A stretch of DNA of 64,000 nt, from contig CALJHY010000005.1 of NCBI GenBank assembly GCA_937770335.1, positions 219,221 through 283,220 on the forward strand, given 5' to 3'. Source of the DNA: an uncultured Glaciecola sp. GTDB lineage: Bacteria > Pseudomonadota > Gammaproteobacteria > Enterobacterales > Alteromonadaceae. The notes beneath the pieces are model-generated. The model was not told the origin of the DNA. It ran no database searches and saw nothing but the letters and a program-made list of their open reading frames with translations. Positions within the stretch are counted from its first letter, which is position 1. Each line of letters opens with the position of its first letter. Of this stretch, positions 32,599 to 44,159 are shown piece by piece. The position numbers were made by a program, and so were the translations under genes.

Positions 32599-33231
32599 AT
32601 GAAGTTCTATACGGTTTTAGTTTTATGTTTTTTTGCATTTAGTGCTGTTGCAAGTAAAAAAGCGATTACGGATGAAGGTGATGTTGTAGTTTTAAATGAC
32701 GATGGAACCTGGATATATGAAAACGAAAAGGCTGAAAATGAAATTAAACTGGATATGAATCCATTAGCTTTCTCTAAGAATTCTGACTCTAAATTTATGC
32801 TAAAAAGTGGAAAAACCAACAATGCTTTTTGGATAAATCCCAAAAAATGGACATTCAAAAAAAATGATAATGAACATGAGGCTGCAGAATATACATTCGA
32901 TGTTAAAGGGAGTGACCTATATGGAATGGTTATTTCTGAACAGTTAGAAATTAAACTTGAAACTCTTGTAGAGCTAGCATTCGATAATGCAAAAAGTGCT
33001 GCGCCGGATATGAAAGTTGTAAAAAAAGAATATCGTATGGTGAATAATCAGAAGGTTATCTACATGGAAATGAAAGGAACAATTCAAAGTATGAAAATCA
33101 CATATTTAGGTTACTACTTTTCTGATCCATCAGGTTCAACTCAATACTTAACTTATACAGGTACTAATTTAGTTAAAAAATATAGAAAAGATATAAATGA
33201 TTTTTTAAATGGTTTCGTAAGTCAATTGTAA
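32599..33231 (+). CDS. Secreted hypothetical protein (cassette gene)
   Basis: The RBS AGAGAGG precedes the ATG at 32599. The signal peptide is MKFYTVLVLCFFAFSAVASKK. The upstream part of the track ORF (32413-32598) is an attC read-through. Confidence 0.65.
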   Translation: MKFYTVLVLCFFAFSAVASKKAITDEGDVVVLNDDGTWIYENEKAENEIKLDMNPLAFSKNSDSKFMLKSGKTNNAFWINPKKWTFKKNDNEHEAAEYTFDVKGSDLYGMVISEQLEIKLETLVELAFDNAKSAAPDMKVVKKEYRMVNNQKVIYMEMKGTIQSMKITYLGYYFSDPSGSTQYLTYTGTNLVKKYRKDINDFLNGFVSQL

Positions 33232-33235
33232 TTTT

Positions 33236-33327
33236 GTACAACAACTTGTTTAAACGGAATAATAACAGTTGGCCATCACTTCGCGATTATAGCAAACCAT
33301 TATTTTCCGCTTAGCAAGTCGTTCTGT
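33236..33327 (+). repeat. attC site (92 bp)
   Basis: The 5' arm is TGTACAACAACTTGTTTAAACGGAATAAT. It is the imperfect reverse complement of the 3' arm ATTATTTTCCGCTTAGCAAGTCGTTCTGTGCA. The site begins 5 nt after the stop codon. Confidence 0.65.
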
Positions 33328-33345
33328 GCAAGATGGAGGTGCAAC

Positions 33346-33846
33346 ATGAAAGTACATTCAAGACCGTTAAATGTCGCTGATTTTGAACAGATGAGAAAAA
33401 TCTTATTCCGAGATGGCTTAAATGAATGGAATTACATTACAGATGAAAGCATCGATCTGCAGTTTCAGCTAATACGAGATGGAAAAGCGATTGCTATTTT
33501 AGCCGAAGCGAGTGAAATCACAGGGTTAGCGATTTTAATTTTTAAAGATGCATGTCCTTCAAATCTACGTCAATACTCCACTTTATCAACAATGGCATAT
33601 ATTAATGATGTGGTAGTTAATATGAACTATAGTGGCAAAGGAATTGGAAGCACGTTACTACAAAAGGCAATTGAGTTGGCTCAAAAAGAGCAATGTGAAC
33701 ATGTATATATTGAACGCCACGAAGAAAATTTAGCATCCGTAGGGATGATGAGAAAGGCATCGTTTAAAATTGTTGATACGTTTTATGATCCAAACAAACG
33801 AACAACAGGCTCAAGAAATACATCATTGCTAGTACATAGTAAATAG
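33346..33846 (+). CDS. GNAT family N-acetyltransferase (cassette gene)
   Basis: The RBS GGAGG precedes the ATG at 33346. Motif A reads VVVNMNYSGKGIGSTLLQKAIELA. Confidence 0.8.
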   Translation: MKVHSRPLNVADFEQMRKILFRDGLNEWNYITDESIDLQFQLIRDGKAIAILAEASEITGLAILIFKDACPSNLRQYSTLSTMAYINDVVVNMNYSGKGIGSTLLQKAIELAQKEQCEHVYIERHEENLASVGMMRKASFKIVDTFYDPNKRTTGSRNTSLLVHSK

Positions 33847-33971
33847 TAAGTCATTTAAAAGGACTAAATACAGCATACTGTTGGCTTAGCTCCATTTTAG
33901 ACCGATAAATTTAGCCGCTTGATGAGGCGTCATGTTCATAATCGCCATCTGCTAACTAAATAGGTAAATTT

Positions 33972-34247
33972 ATGCTGATATACTTACATATCATCATGGG
34001 AGCATTTGCTCTGATCTCAGGAATAACTGCATTTTCTGCTAAGAAGGGAGCCTCCCTACATAAAAAGAGTGGGCTGATTTTTGTTGTCACTATGTTAATC
34101 ATGTCTAGTACAGGCGCATTTCTCGCTGCTTTAAACGGAGAAAAGTTGAATATTGTGGCAGGCTGTCTCACTTTTTATCTTGTGGCAACAGCTTACTTAG
34201 TCGTTCACTCATTGAAAAAAATGATCGCCTTTACAACACGCTATTAA
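33972..34247 (+). CDS. Small membrane protein, possibly a truncated gene
   Basis: 91 aa with three hydrophobic segments. The downstream frame (34246-34340) looks like a shifted continuation. No clear attC follows it. Confidence 0.35.
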   Translation: MLIYLHIIMGAFALISGITAFSAKKGASLHKKSGLIFVVTMLIMSSTGAFLAALNGEKLNIVAGCLTFYLVATAYLVVHSLKKMIAFTTRY

Positions 34248-34334
34248 TGGTCTTTGGGCTTATGGCGGCTTATATTTCCGACACTCATTTGCTTCTTAGA
34301 AGGCTGAGGTATCGAGCAAGAATATGCGGTACAT

Positions 34335-34365
34335 CATAAAAAAGCCGATTCACAGAATCGGCTTT
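34335..34365 (-). terminator. Rho-independent terminator of fadH
   Basis: AAAGCCGATT (34341-34350) pairs with AATCGGCTTT (34356-34365), a 10-bp perfect stem. A T-run follows on the minus strand. Confidence 0.75.
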
Positions 34366-34390
34366 AAGCGATGACTTTATGATGGTTATT

Positions 34391-36463
<2,073 letters not shown>

Positions 36464-36480
36464 TTATTGAATGATCGGTC

Positions 36481-37332
36481 TTACATACCCGAAGATTTTT
36501 TATGTAGCTCAGCATAAACAGGCAGACGCTGCGCCTTTCCCGCGGCCATCGCTTCCTGCACATCGGGCATTTGGAACATGCCGCTTTGCCATGTGGCCAT
36601 GTAGGTCAGACTATCTGAGACATTATGATCACGGGTGTAGTTAATCATTTCTTTACAACCGGCCACAGCCATAGGTGAATGCATGGCAATTTTGACTGCT
36701 ATTTTCATTACACCTTCTAGCATCGCTTTTTGATCTTCAAACACTTGATTAACAAAGCCACACTCTTTGGCTTCACTGCTTGGCATGTTGCGCCCCGTGT
36801 AGGCCAATTCACGGACCAAACCTTGTGGCATTAGATGAGGTAAACGTTGCAGCGTGCCCACATCAGCAGTCATACCTAACTCTGTCTCTTTAATAGTGAA
36901 ATAAGCATCCTGAGTGCAATAACGACTATCTGCAGCACAGATCATATCCACAGCACCACCTATCACTCCACCCTGAACGGCGACCAATACAGGCATACGT
37001 ATTTCTTCGAGTGCATTAAAGCTATCTTGTAATTCAAGTACTAATCTGCGAGTTCGTTCTGCACGTCGTGCGGGCTCACCTTGAAAGTCTTTTGCCATAT
37101 TAGTAAATACAGACAAATCCATTCCGGCACTAAAATGTTTACCCTGGGAGGAGATCACAATCACCCGCGCTTGCGACTCTGCATCGATTTGTCTAACCAC
37201 CGCAGGTAGCTCTCGCCAAAAAGCAGGCACCATACTATTAAGTGCTTCTGGCCGGCACAATTGGATATGAGCAATATGATTTTCGATGCTCACCGACAAC
37301 GTTTCCAGTGCAGATAAATCTATATTAGGCAC
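36481..37332 (-). CDS. Enoyl-CoA hydratase/isomerase (crotonase) family protein, dienoyl-CoA isomerase-like
   Basis: 283 aa with GKHFSAGMDL and a crotonase fold pattern. It is co-directional with fadH. Confidence 0.75.
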   Translation of the reverse strand: MPNIDLSALETLSVSIENHIAHIQLCRPEALNSMVPAFWRELPAVVRQIDAESQARVIVISSQGKHFSAGMDLSVFTNMAKDFQGEPARRAERTRRLVLELQDSFNALEEIRMPVLVAVQGGVIGGAVDMICAADSRYCTQDAYFTIKETELGMTADVGTLQRLPHLMPQGLVRELAYTGRNMPSSEAKECGFVNQVFEDQKAMLEGVMKIAVKIAMHSPMAVAGCKEMINYTRDHNVSDSLTYMATWQSGMFQMPDVQEAMAAGKAQRLPVYAELHKKSSGM

Positions 37333-37485
37333 AATTTTTCTCCTTAGGGTAGCTATCCGTTTAAGACTTAAAGTCAGTGGATAAAGCCTACACGGTTAAC
37401 AAAAAATTAAACTAGACAGCGTCAAGATAAAAGCATATGTTGATGCTGTCAAGATAACAAACATCAAATTTATTAATAGACGTTT

Positions 37486-38100
37486 ATGAGTCATCAAGCA
37501 GAACCAAAAGAAAATAAGCCGAATTATCATCATGGTGACTTGCGAAGCACTCTTCTCAGTGCCGCCAATGTACTTTTAAAAGAAACGGGCATTGAAGGGT
37601 TATCGCTACGTAAATTAGCCGACAAGGTAGGGGTGTCTCGCACCGCTCCCTATCATCACTTTAAAGATAAAAATCAATTGCTTTGCGCTATAGCTGAACA
37701 GGGTTTTGTCCACTGGCAACAAGACGCTGAATTTATTTTTAACCAAACTGAGTTACTTCCCAAAGAAAAATATCGGCAGTTTTTTCATCGTTATATTAGC
37801 TACGCAGCAGATAATCCAGAATTGTACGACTTGATGTTTGGCCGCACCATTTGGAAACAAAATAGTGCCACTAATGCATTACGAAATGTCGCTTACCCGA
37901 GCTTTTATCACCAGGTAGAAATGACCAGGAAATGGCAAGAACAAGGATTAATGTCCAGCGCTGAAGATACCTTGCGTTTATCGCAAGTTACATGGGGCAC
38001 TATGCACGGCATAGCGCGGTTATTAATTGATGGCATTTATGCTGACCGAAGCCATATTGATGAAATGTGTGATTGCGCGATTAATTTATTTACACAATAA
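37486..38100 (+). CDS. TetR family transcriptional regulator
   Basis: The N-terminal HTH reads LSLRKLADKVGVSRTAPYHHFKDKNQL. It is divergent from the fatty-acid genes. Confidence 0.85.
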   Translation: MSHQAEPKENKPNYHHGDLRSTLLSAANVLLKETGIEGLSLRKLADKVGVSRTAPYHHFKDKNQLLCAIAEQGFVHWQQDAEFIFNQTELLPKEKYRQFFHRYISYAADNPELYDLMFGRTIWKQNSATNALRNVAYPSFYHQVEMTRKWQEQGLMSSAEDTLRLSQVTWGTMHGIARLLIDGIYADRSHIDEMCDCAINLFTQ

Positions 38101-38273
38101 ATAACATAAGCTGAGGAATGAACTGACGAGTGGCGATACATTATAATATTTTGCCTTTTTCGCTATCCGGTATTGTCGCAATTGAACAACACCTAAAAAC
38201 TCCATTACGGTTCTTGAGCGCTAGCTCTATAGCGTCTACAATAGCACAATATTATCTACTTCAGGTTACCAAT

Positions 38274-38522
38274 ATGAATGACTCTACATCACTACCATCT
38301 TTACCGGATCGCCTTTCGGGGAATTCTCGCAGCCCACATTACGTGGAAGAAATTTTTCAGCATAAAATAGGTATTTTGCTTAACGGCAAAGAGCGTAACA
38401 ATGTCGAGGAATATTGCATAAGTGAAGGTTGGGTAAAAATACCGTCTCCAAAAGCGTTGGACCGTCGAGGAGAACCGCTGCTAGTTACTCTAAAGGGAAC
38501 CGTGGAAGCATTTTATAGTTAA
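38274..38522 (+). CDS. DUF3297-like small protein
   Basis: From the ATG at 38274 it reads MNDSTSLPSLPDRLSGNSRSPHYVEEIF..GILLNGKERNNVEEYCISEGWVKI... This matches my recollection of the DUF3297 family. The track frame opens at 38130. Confidence 0.55.
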   Translation: MNDSTSLPSLPDRLSGNSRSPHYVEEIFQHKIGILLNGKERNNVEEYCISEGWVKIPSPKALDRRGEPLLVTLKGTVEAFYS

Positions 38523-38732
38523 CTAGTTAGGTCCTTGAGGGGCAGATGCGTGTGTAAAAAGCGCATCAACTTACTCAGTTCATTTTCGTTGAGGAGGTCT
38601 AATGGGCGCTTGGGTGACCATAACGTTTCGCTTGTTACTTAGTAGATTATACAACTAAGGAAAATTAGGTATGAAACTAACCATTATCTCTTTATTTTTA
38701 CTCGGCTGCGCAAGCCCAGATAGTAGGCGTTT

Positions 38733-39101
38733 ATGAGCTTAGTTTATACCTATAGGCTGTTGTTCCTATCAACCCTTCTTTTCGCCGTTATTCTCCCTTA
38801 TTTTTGGGCATACAATTTTTCATTGATACGCGAAGTTGATTATGCACAAGGTATTTCACATTTTTTCCCAGAAATAGTTTTTTCAGTTTTGGGTCTGCTC
38901 GGGTTACTTGGCATCTGGCAAAGGTTTAAACATGCTGTCGCATTCTCACTATTATCGTGTCTGCTTATATTTCCAATTTTAAAAGTGTTTATCGGAAGTC
39001 CGGCAATGGACGGTTGGTTTGTAAGTTCAATCCTGATGGTTGCGCTGTGTGTTTCGAGTATTCAACTAAAGGAAAAACATGATGATACGCAACCAATGTA
39101 G
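38733..39101 (+). CDS. Hypothetical membrane protein
   Basis: 122 aa with four hydrophobic segments. No family was recognised. Confidence 0.4.
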   Translation: MSLVYTYRLLFLSTLLFAVILPYFWAYNFSLIREVDYAQGISHFFPEIVFSVLGLLGLLGIWQRFKHAVAFSLLSCLLIFPILKVFIGSPAMDGWFVSSILMVALCVSSIQLKEKHDDTQPM

Positions 39102-39184
39102 TGACTCACTCTTTGCCTTCGTGACCGCCTTTTTATCGGCGGCCTGCGATCCGCGTTTATCTTTTATATAGGGCCGAAGTCTTT

Positions 39185-39580
39185 ATGCGTAAATCTAAAC
39201 TTGAGCGTGTTTTCAATTATTTCAAAGCCATCACTTTTGGTAACTTGGCCGGCGGCTTAGTGACTTTCATCGCAGCATTAATTATATTTTTCTTATGGAA
39301 GAATCAAGCATCTAATGCGCAACAATCTGTCTTTGATGATGCGTTAAACGTCAGTATATTTTTATTTCCTGTGGGTTTAATGTATAGCCTTATCGTTATT
39401 AGCCCGATTACTCTTTTGTTACAAAATCGACCACGAGCATTTCAAATTTGTTGTCTGGTTGCTGTCGTTTTACCTGGGCTATTACTGCTAGGAAGTGGTT
39501 ACTGGGGTTTGCTTGCACTGAGTTATGGATTATCAACAATGCTCATCTTTTTGAAGTTGTATTCAATAGATTCAAACTAA
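39185..39580 (+). CDS. Hypothetical membrane protein
   Basis: 131 aa with three or four hydrophobic segments. Confidence 0.4.
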   Translation: MRKSKLERVFNYFKAITFGNLAGGLVTFIAALIIFFLWKNQASNAQQSVFDDALNVSIFLFPVGLMYSLIVISPITLLLQNRPRAFQICCLVAVVLPGLLLLGSGYWGLLALSYGLSTMLIFLKLYSIDSN

Positions 39581-39647
39581 CAAAAATGCCAGTTATGCCG
39601 GGTGTTAGGTCTTTTAAAAAGTGCCTTTTTATAGAAGGGTTTTAAAA

Positions 39648-39932
39648 ATGAAATTTGTTTTGTGTGGCTTGTTTGCGCTGGCGTTAATGACTGGCTGCGT
39701 AGTAGTGCCAACTGATGATATATCAGCAGTAAATAAATGCGAAATATCAAGCGATCGTAAAACGCTAAAGATGATCAATGGTTTTGAAGACACCAACACA
39801 TACTATTCGGTTAGCGGGTTGATATTAGTGCCTATTTCAGGAGTAGTGTCGGGAGTGTATGTTGCCATCAACAATATTTATCATATTGGTGAAGAGATTA
39901 TTGTTTGTGGTACAGGCAAAAAACAGCGATAA
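39648..39932 (+). CDS. Small lipoprotein
   Basis: The ATG at 39648 gives MKFVLCGLFALALMTGC, a signal plus lipobox. Confidence 0.5.
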   Translation: MKFVLCGLFALALMTGCVVVPTDDISAVNKCEISSDRKTLKMINGFEDTNTYYSVSGLILVPISGVVSGVYVAINNIYHIGEEIIVCGTGKKQR

Positions 39933-40150
39933 ACGTCAGGTTTTGTAGGTGTTACCGGTGAGATTCTTTCTTTGATTAAAGTAATCCTCAGGATTATACT
40001 TATTTTGTGCGAACCACAGTAACTGATCTAACAGAATACATTACGCATGCTGATAGTCTGCTAACTGGATGTAAGCGAAATGAGTAAGTAGATTAATTTG
40101 TTTATCCACTATTTGTTATATTATTTATTGTAGAGGAAAGGTAATTAGTA

Positions 40151-40573
40151 ATGATTAATACTAAAATATATAAGACCGTTTATAAACTATCTGAAAAGTT
40201 AATGGACGCTGCCAATGAAGAAAACAGGGAAGCATTTGACACGCTCTATGCAGAATTAGAGTCTATTTGTATCGATAATGAAAATACGCCTAAAGACCAT
40301 CCTGAACAATGGGAAACGCTGGCTGATTTTACAGAAGAGTTAGAGGACGCAATTCTAGGTTATGCAAAAGCGCTTGAAAAAGCCGTTGCAGTTAATTCCA
40401 AAGATCACTTGTCGTCGATTGCATTTTCTATGGCTAAATTGCAACTTGAATTAGGTCAGACCGACGCCGCTATTAAAAATCTCGAAGATGCAAAAGTCAG
40501 CGCTAATAAAATCGCAGATAGAGAACTTAAAGAAGAAATTGATGAACTACTGGAAAAGCTATCAGTAGATTAA
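40151..40573 (+). CDS. Hypothetical acidic helical protein (TPR-like?)
   Basis: 140 aa. The RBS GGAAAGG lies upstream. The sequence is helical and acidic. Confidence 0.45.
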   Translation: MINTKIYKTVYKLSEKLMDAANEENREAFDTLYAELESICIDNENTPKDHPEQWETLADFTEELEDAILGYAKALEKAVAVNSKDHLSSIAFSMAKLQLELGQTDAAIKNLEDAKVSANKIADRELKEEIDELLEKLSVD

Positions 40574-40594
40574 TGACAAAGGGGGGAGTAAAAA

Positions 40595-40780
40595 ATGGCT
40601 GAAGCAGTATTGAACAATGGTTCATATTTTGTCGGTTGGGGAACATTAGCATTAATAAATGCAGGGCTAGCACAAGGTAAAGGACGAGGAGGGTTTAATT
40701 GGTTCTTAATATCGTTACTGTTAGGGCCTATTGCTACATTTCTCTTAGTCGTAATGCCGGATATGCGCTGGCAGTCTTAA
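40595..40780 (+). CDS. Small membrane protein
   Basis: 61 aa with two hydrophobic segments and the RBS GGGGGAG. It starts 21 nt after the previous ORF. Confidence 0.4.
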   Translation: MAEAVLNNGSYFVGWGTLALINAGLAQGKGRGGFNWFLISLLLGPIATFLLVVMPDMRWQS

Positions 40781-40904
40781 TTAAAAAGTCGATTGTGCTG
40801 CTCGCCAACTAACAATAGAGGTGGGCATTGTAAAAGCGCAGTATGTTAATTTTTACCTTACAAGACCACTGCATTTTAATGTGGCAGACGTTAGTCGAGT
40901 TATA

Positions 40905-41120
40905 ATGAATCAAATAAACCCCAAAAAATTACTCAAAAGTAAGTGGACGGCAGTGACACCAGTGAACAAAGAAAAACACTTTATTATTTCTGAAATCGAG
41001 TTTGATGAAGAAGATACTGTTGTTGCTTGCTGTATAGAACCAGTCATGTCAAGACGCACCATACAGATTAACTGGCTCGACTTAAAAGATGACAGTATTT
41101 GGATACATGGTTGGAAATAG
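40905..41120 (+). CDS. TIGR02450-like tryptophan-rich small protein
   Basis: From the ATG at 40905 it reads MNQINPKKLLKSKWTAVTPVNKEKHFIISEIEFDE... This fits the remembered TIGR02450 pattern. Confidence 0.5.
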   Translation: MNQINPKKLLKSKWTAVTPVNKEKHFIISEIEFDEEDTVVACCIEPVMSRRTIQINWLDLKDDSIWIHGWK

Positions 41121-41165
41121 CGGGCCAAGTGGTTAATTTTAAAAAAATTATCGAGTGAGGGATAA

Positions 41166-41486
41166 ATGAGTTTTTTTACTTTATTAAGAAAAAAATTAAC
41201 CGAATTTAAATATCATTATTATGGACTCTTTATTATCCAAGAAGTCCGAGCTGACCGATTTCATTCCATCATTTTACAGTACATAGAACGCGGTTGGGAA
41301 CTCAGCGGAGACTATAACGAAATAGAAGACGCAATTTCGCAGTGGTCATGCAAACTCAGAAAAGGCACAAGTACACTGGTTTGTGAATGGGATGAAAACA
41401 TACAAGGTAGCTTTATTGGGCCAGAAAGAATCGTTTGTGGCTTAGGACAAGAATTTTGTTTTACTGCAAATAATGCACCTCAATAA
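41166..41486 (+). CDS. Hypothetical protein
   Basis: 106-aa track ORF. No family was recognised. Confidence 0.35.
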   Translation: MSFFTLLRKKLTEFKYHYYGLFIIQEVRADRFHSIILQYIERGWELSGDYNEIEDAISQWSCKLRKGTSTLVCEWDENIQGSFIGPERIVCGLGQEFCFTANNAPQ

Positions 41487-41523
41487 CCGGCTAGCGTCGA
41501 AAATATTTTTGTAGGGAAGTTAA

Positions 41524-42042
41524 ATGCACTTTATTTTAGGGATACTCTCCACCGCAATTACAATTCTTGTGTTAATAAATCGCTTGAGGCAAACCGGTAT
41601 TGATTTTGGTTGGCTTAACCCATTTAGTTGGGCGCGGCGACGTCGGTTTCGTAAAGAATACGAAATGCACCCTGCATACACACTAGAGTCTCCTATGGAT
41701 GTGGCTGCGTTATTGATGGTCGCTGTAGCAAAAAGTGATGACGATATGACAAAGGGTCAAAGAGAAAAAATTCTTTCGCTATTTGCTACTGAATTTACTC
41801 TTAACAATGCTAAATCGATAGCGTTGTTGGGTTCGAGTGTGCATATTTTTGGTCGTGGTGACGACGTACTTGATAATCCAAGTCGAGTTTTATCCCGCAC
41901 TATGGATAGGTTTACTGCTACCCAAGTTGCTTCGGTCTTGTCTATGCTTAAACAGGTCGCAAATGCTGAAGGTGAGCCGAGTATCTCACAGCAAAAACTG
42001 ATCAAAAAAATCGCATTAGCGATGCCGAATTCAAAGCAATGA
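41524..42042 (+). CDS. TerB-like (tellurite-resistance TerB/DjlA N-domain family) membrane-anchored protein
   Basis: It has an N-terminal TM segment. Two repeats of the AxADG-type pattern follow, MVAVAKSDDDMTKGQREKI and LKQVANAEGEPSISQQKLI. Confidence 0.45.
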   Translation: MHFILGILSTAITILVLINRLRQTGIDFGWLNPFSWARRRRFRKEYEMHPAYTLESPMDVAALLMVAVAKSDDDMTKGQREKILSLFATEFTLNNAKSIALLGSSVHIFGRGDDVLDNPSRVLSRTMDRFTATQVASVLSMLKQVANAEGEPSISQQKLIKKIALAMPNSKQ

Positions 42043-42341
42043 GTGAGCTGTTCGCGGCCTAACACCTGATCGATTGGTGCTTTTTAGAGGGAAGTTTTTG
42101 CATGACGGAAATGTTATTCTTGCTACAAGTGCAAACTGGTACCTAGATCACTATTTGAAAGCCATGCTCAGTAGATAATAGTTTGCACAACTATTAAAAA
42201 GCGTTTTACATGAACCTAATTAGCTATTTTAGAGAATAAATAATACACCCAAGTGTTGGCTTACAATCGCGATGTATCAACCTTTGCTTGTATTGATAAT
42301 TTTACCAATAACCAGCGGCATTAATAACAAGAGAGAACATA

Positions 42342-42548
42342 TTGCAAATAACTGATAAAGGAAAGCTGTCGTTGAGCGTCCGTATTATTGTGGGTGTACT
42401 CTCCCTACCATCATTATTTCTCGCTTTTATGCTTATTTCAGAAGCCCTTAAGGGCAATTTTGATGGTATCGGTGCATTTGAGATTATTTATGCTTTAGTC
42501 GGTTTCTTTGCGATTTATATTGCCCTTACAGGAAAGAAATTTTTCTAG
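42342..42548 (+). CDS. Small membrane protein (TTG start)
   Basis: 68 aa with two hydrophobic segments and a non-ATG start. Confidence 0.3.
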   Translation: MQITDKGKLSLSVRIIVGVLSLPSLFLAFMLISEALKGNFDGIGAFEIIYALVGFFAIYIALTGKKFF

Positions 42549-42633
42549 AATGGCTAGTGATCGATACATTGAGTAAATCAGGAGTATGACTAATCTGGGT
42601 ATTAATTAGATTACCAAGTAGGCTGAACATACA

Positions 42634-42900
42634 ATGGAATTAGCAGTAAATGTAATTATAATCATACTGATAGGTATTGGCGCAGCCTTGTTCTTTGTGG
42701 GCTCACTGATTGTTGTTGTAACCGCATTTGGGCACAAACAATATGCTTATGGTGTGCTTTCGTTACTGTTTTTCCCCTTAAGTGTTGCCTACTGTTTGCA
42801 ATACAGAAAGGAAGGCGCTTATGCATCAAAGTTTCTTATTAGCGGTACACTTTTGGTTGCAATGACCTTTGGTTTAGCTAATCTATTTTATAAATTGTAA
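42634..42900 (+). CDS. Small membrane protein
   Basis: 88 aa with three hydrophobic segments. Confidence 0.4.
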   Translation: MELAVNVIIIILIGIGAALFFVGSLIVVVTAFGHKQYAYGVLSLLFFPLSVAYCLQYRKEGAYASKFLISGTLLVAMTFGLANLFYKL

Positions 42901-43029
42901 TGCCCTTTTTGTTATAACCTCTCTACACTACCTTAGTGCTTGAATTACTCATCAGAGGCTCGCTAATAAAAAGTAACACTTTCTGATAGAATTATAAAAA
43001 GCATCAATTTTTATTCGGATAATCTCCTC

Positions 43030-44004
43030 ATGAATATACGCTTCATCAATAGCGCGTTATTTCTTTTAATAGGTGCCTTTTCTGCATCACTCAAAGCCGA
43101 ATGGTATTCGGACAGTGCTGGCATTATGGGTACGAATATATACGTTGAAGTTTGGGCTGAAACACCAGTTCAGGGTGAGCTGGCGTTGCGAACCGTTATG
43201 GCAGAAATGGAGCGTATTAACCAACTAATGAGCCCTTATATTGACACTAGCGAATTGAGTGTTATCAACGCAAAAGCTGGCCAACAGCCGGTGGTGATCA
43301 GTGATGAAATGTTTGAGTTGATCGACAAATCAGTGAAAATTTCAAAGCTTACAAAAGGCGCGTTTGATATCACCTTTGCCAGTGTGGGTTATATGTATAA
43401 TTACAAACAAAGCGAACGCCCAGACGAGGCAATGATTGCCTCGTTACTCGACGCAATTAACTACAAACATATCAAACTGAATACAGAAAATAAAACCGTT
43501 GCTTTCACACATAAGAAAGTAAAAATTGACTTAGGTGGAATTGCTAAGGGTCATGCCGTCGATAATTCTATCTCATTATTGCAGCGCATGGGCATTATGC
43601 ATGGCCTGGTAACTGCTGGTGGCGATACGCGGTTAATTGGCGATCGGCGCGGTAAGCCTTGGATTGTCGGCATACGTGATCCAAGAAACAAAGACAAACA
43701 AGCCGTAGTTATGCCATTACAAGACTCAGCTATGTCAACCTCAGGTGACTATGAACGTTACTTTGAAGAAGACGGCAAACGTTATCATCATATATTGTCG
43801 CCTAAAACAGGTAAGTCGACTTACGATGTGCAGTCAGTATCGATTATTGGCCCAAGTAGCACATTCAATGATGCGCTGTCGACGGCCGTTTTTGTAATGG
43901 GTTTACGAGAAGGGCTGGGTATGATCAATCGCATTGACGGTTATGATGCGGTGGTAATGGATAATCAGCGCAAAATGCATTATTCGACTGGCCTGCAACA
44001 ATAA
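43030..44004 (+). CDS. apbE: FAD:protein FMN transferase ApbE
   Basis: 324 aa with a signal peptide. It carries FDITF, DLGGIAKGHAVD and STSGDYERYFEEDGKRYHHILSPKTG. Confidence 0.85.
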   Translation: MNIRFINSALFLLIGAFSASLKAEWYSDSAGIMGTNIYVEVWAETPVQGELALRTVMAEMERINQLMSPYIDTSELSVINAKAGQQPVVISDEMFELIDKSVKISKLTKGAFDITFASVGYMYNYKQSERPDEAMIASLLDAINYKHIKLNTENKTVAFTHKKVKIDLGGIAKGHAVDNSISLLQRMGIMHGLVTAGGDTRLIGDRRGKPWIVGIRDPRNKDKQAVVMPLQDSAMSTSGDYERYFEEDGKRYHHILSPKTGKSTYDVQSVSIIGPSSTFNDALSTAVFVMGLREGLGMINRIDGYDAVVMDNQRKMHYSTGLQQ

Positions 44005-44159
44005 GACGTTGTAGGTGATGGACTATTATTAATAAGTTTTCGATGCCCCTATCCATCTCTCTACGGAACATAATAAATTCATAATTGAATTTTCTATACC
44101 AAGTGGTAATATTGGTCGGGTAAAGTAAAGAAGTTGATATAATTTCAGGAGTATATACG

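Larger units (their letters stand above)
29497..33327 (+). mobile_element. Integron-type gene-cassette array without an integrase in the window (CALIN-like)
   Basis: Eight co-oriented attC-like sites, each immediately after a + strand ORF, mostly one ORF per interval. Cassette GC content is heterogeneous. The cargo is typical of cassettes: two GNATs and small secreted or lipoproteins. Confidence 0.75.

Noticed and set aside
33847-33971. Expected attC after the second GNAT cassette gene.
   Set aside because: No RYYYAAC-like start and no convincing inverted repeat were found by eye. The confident array boundary is therefore set at 33327.
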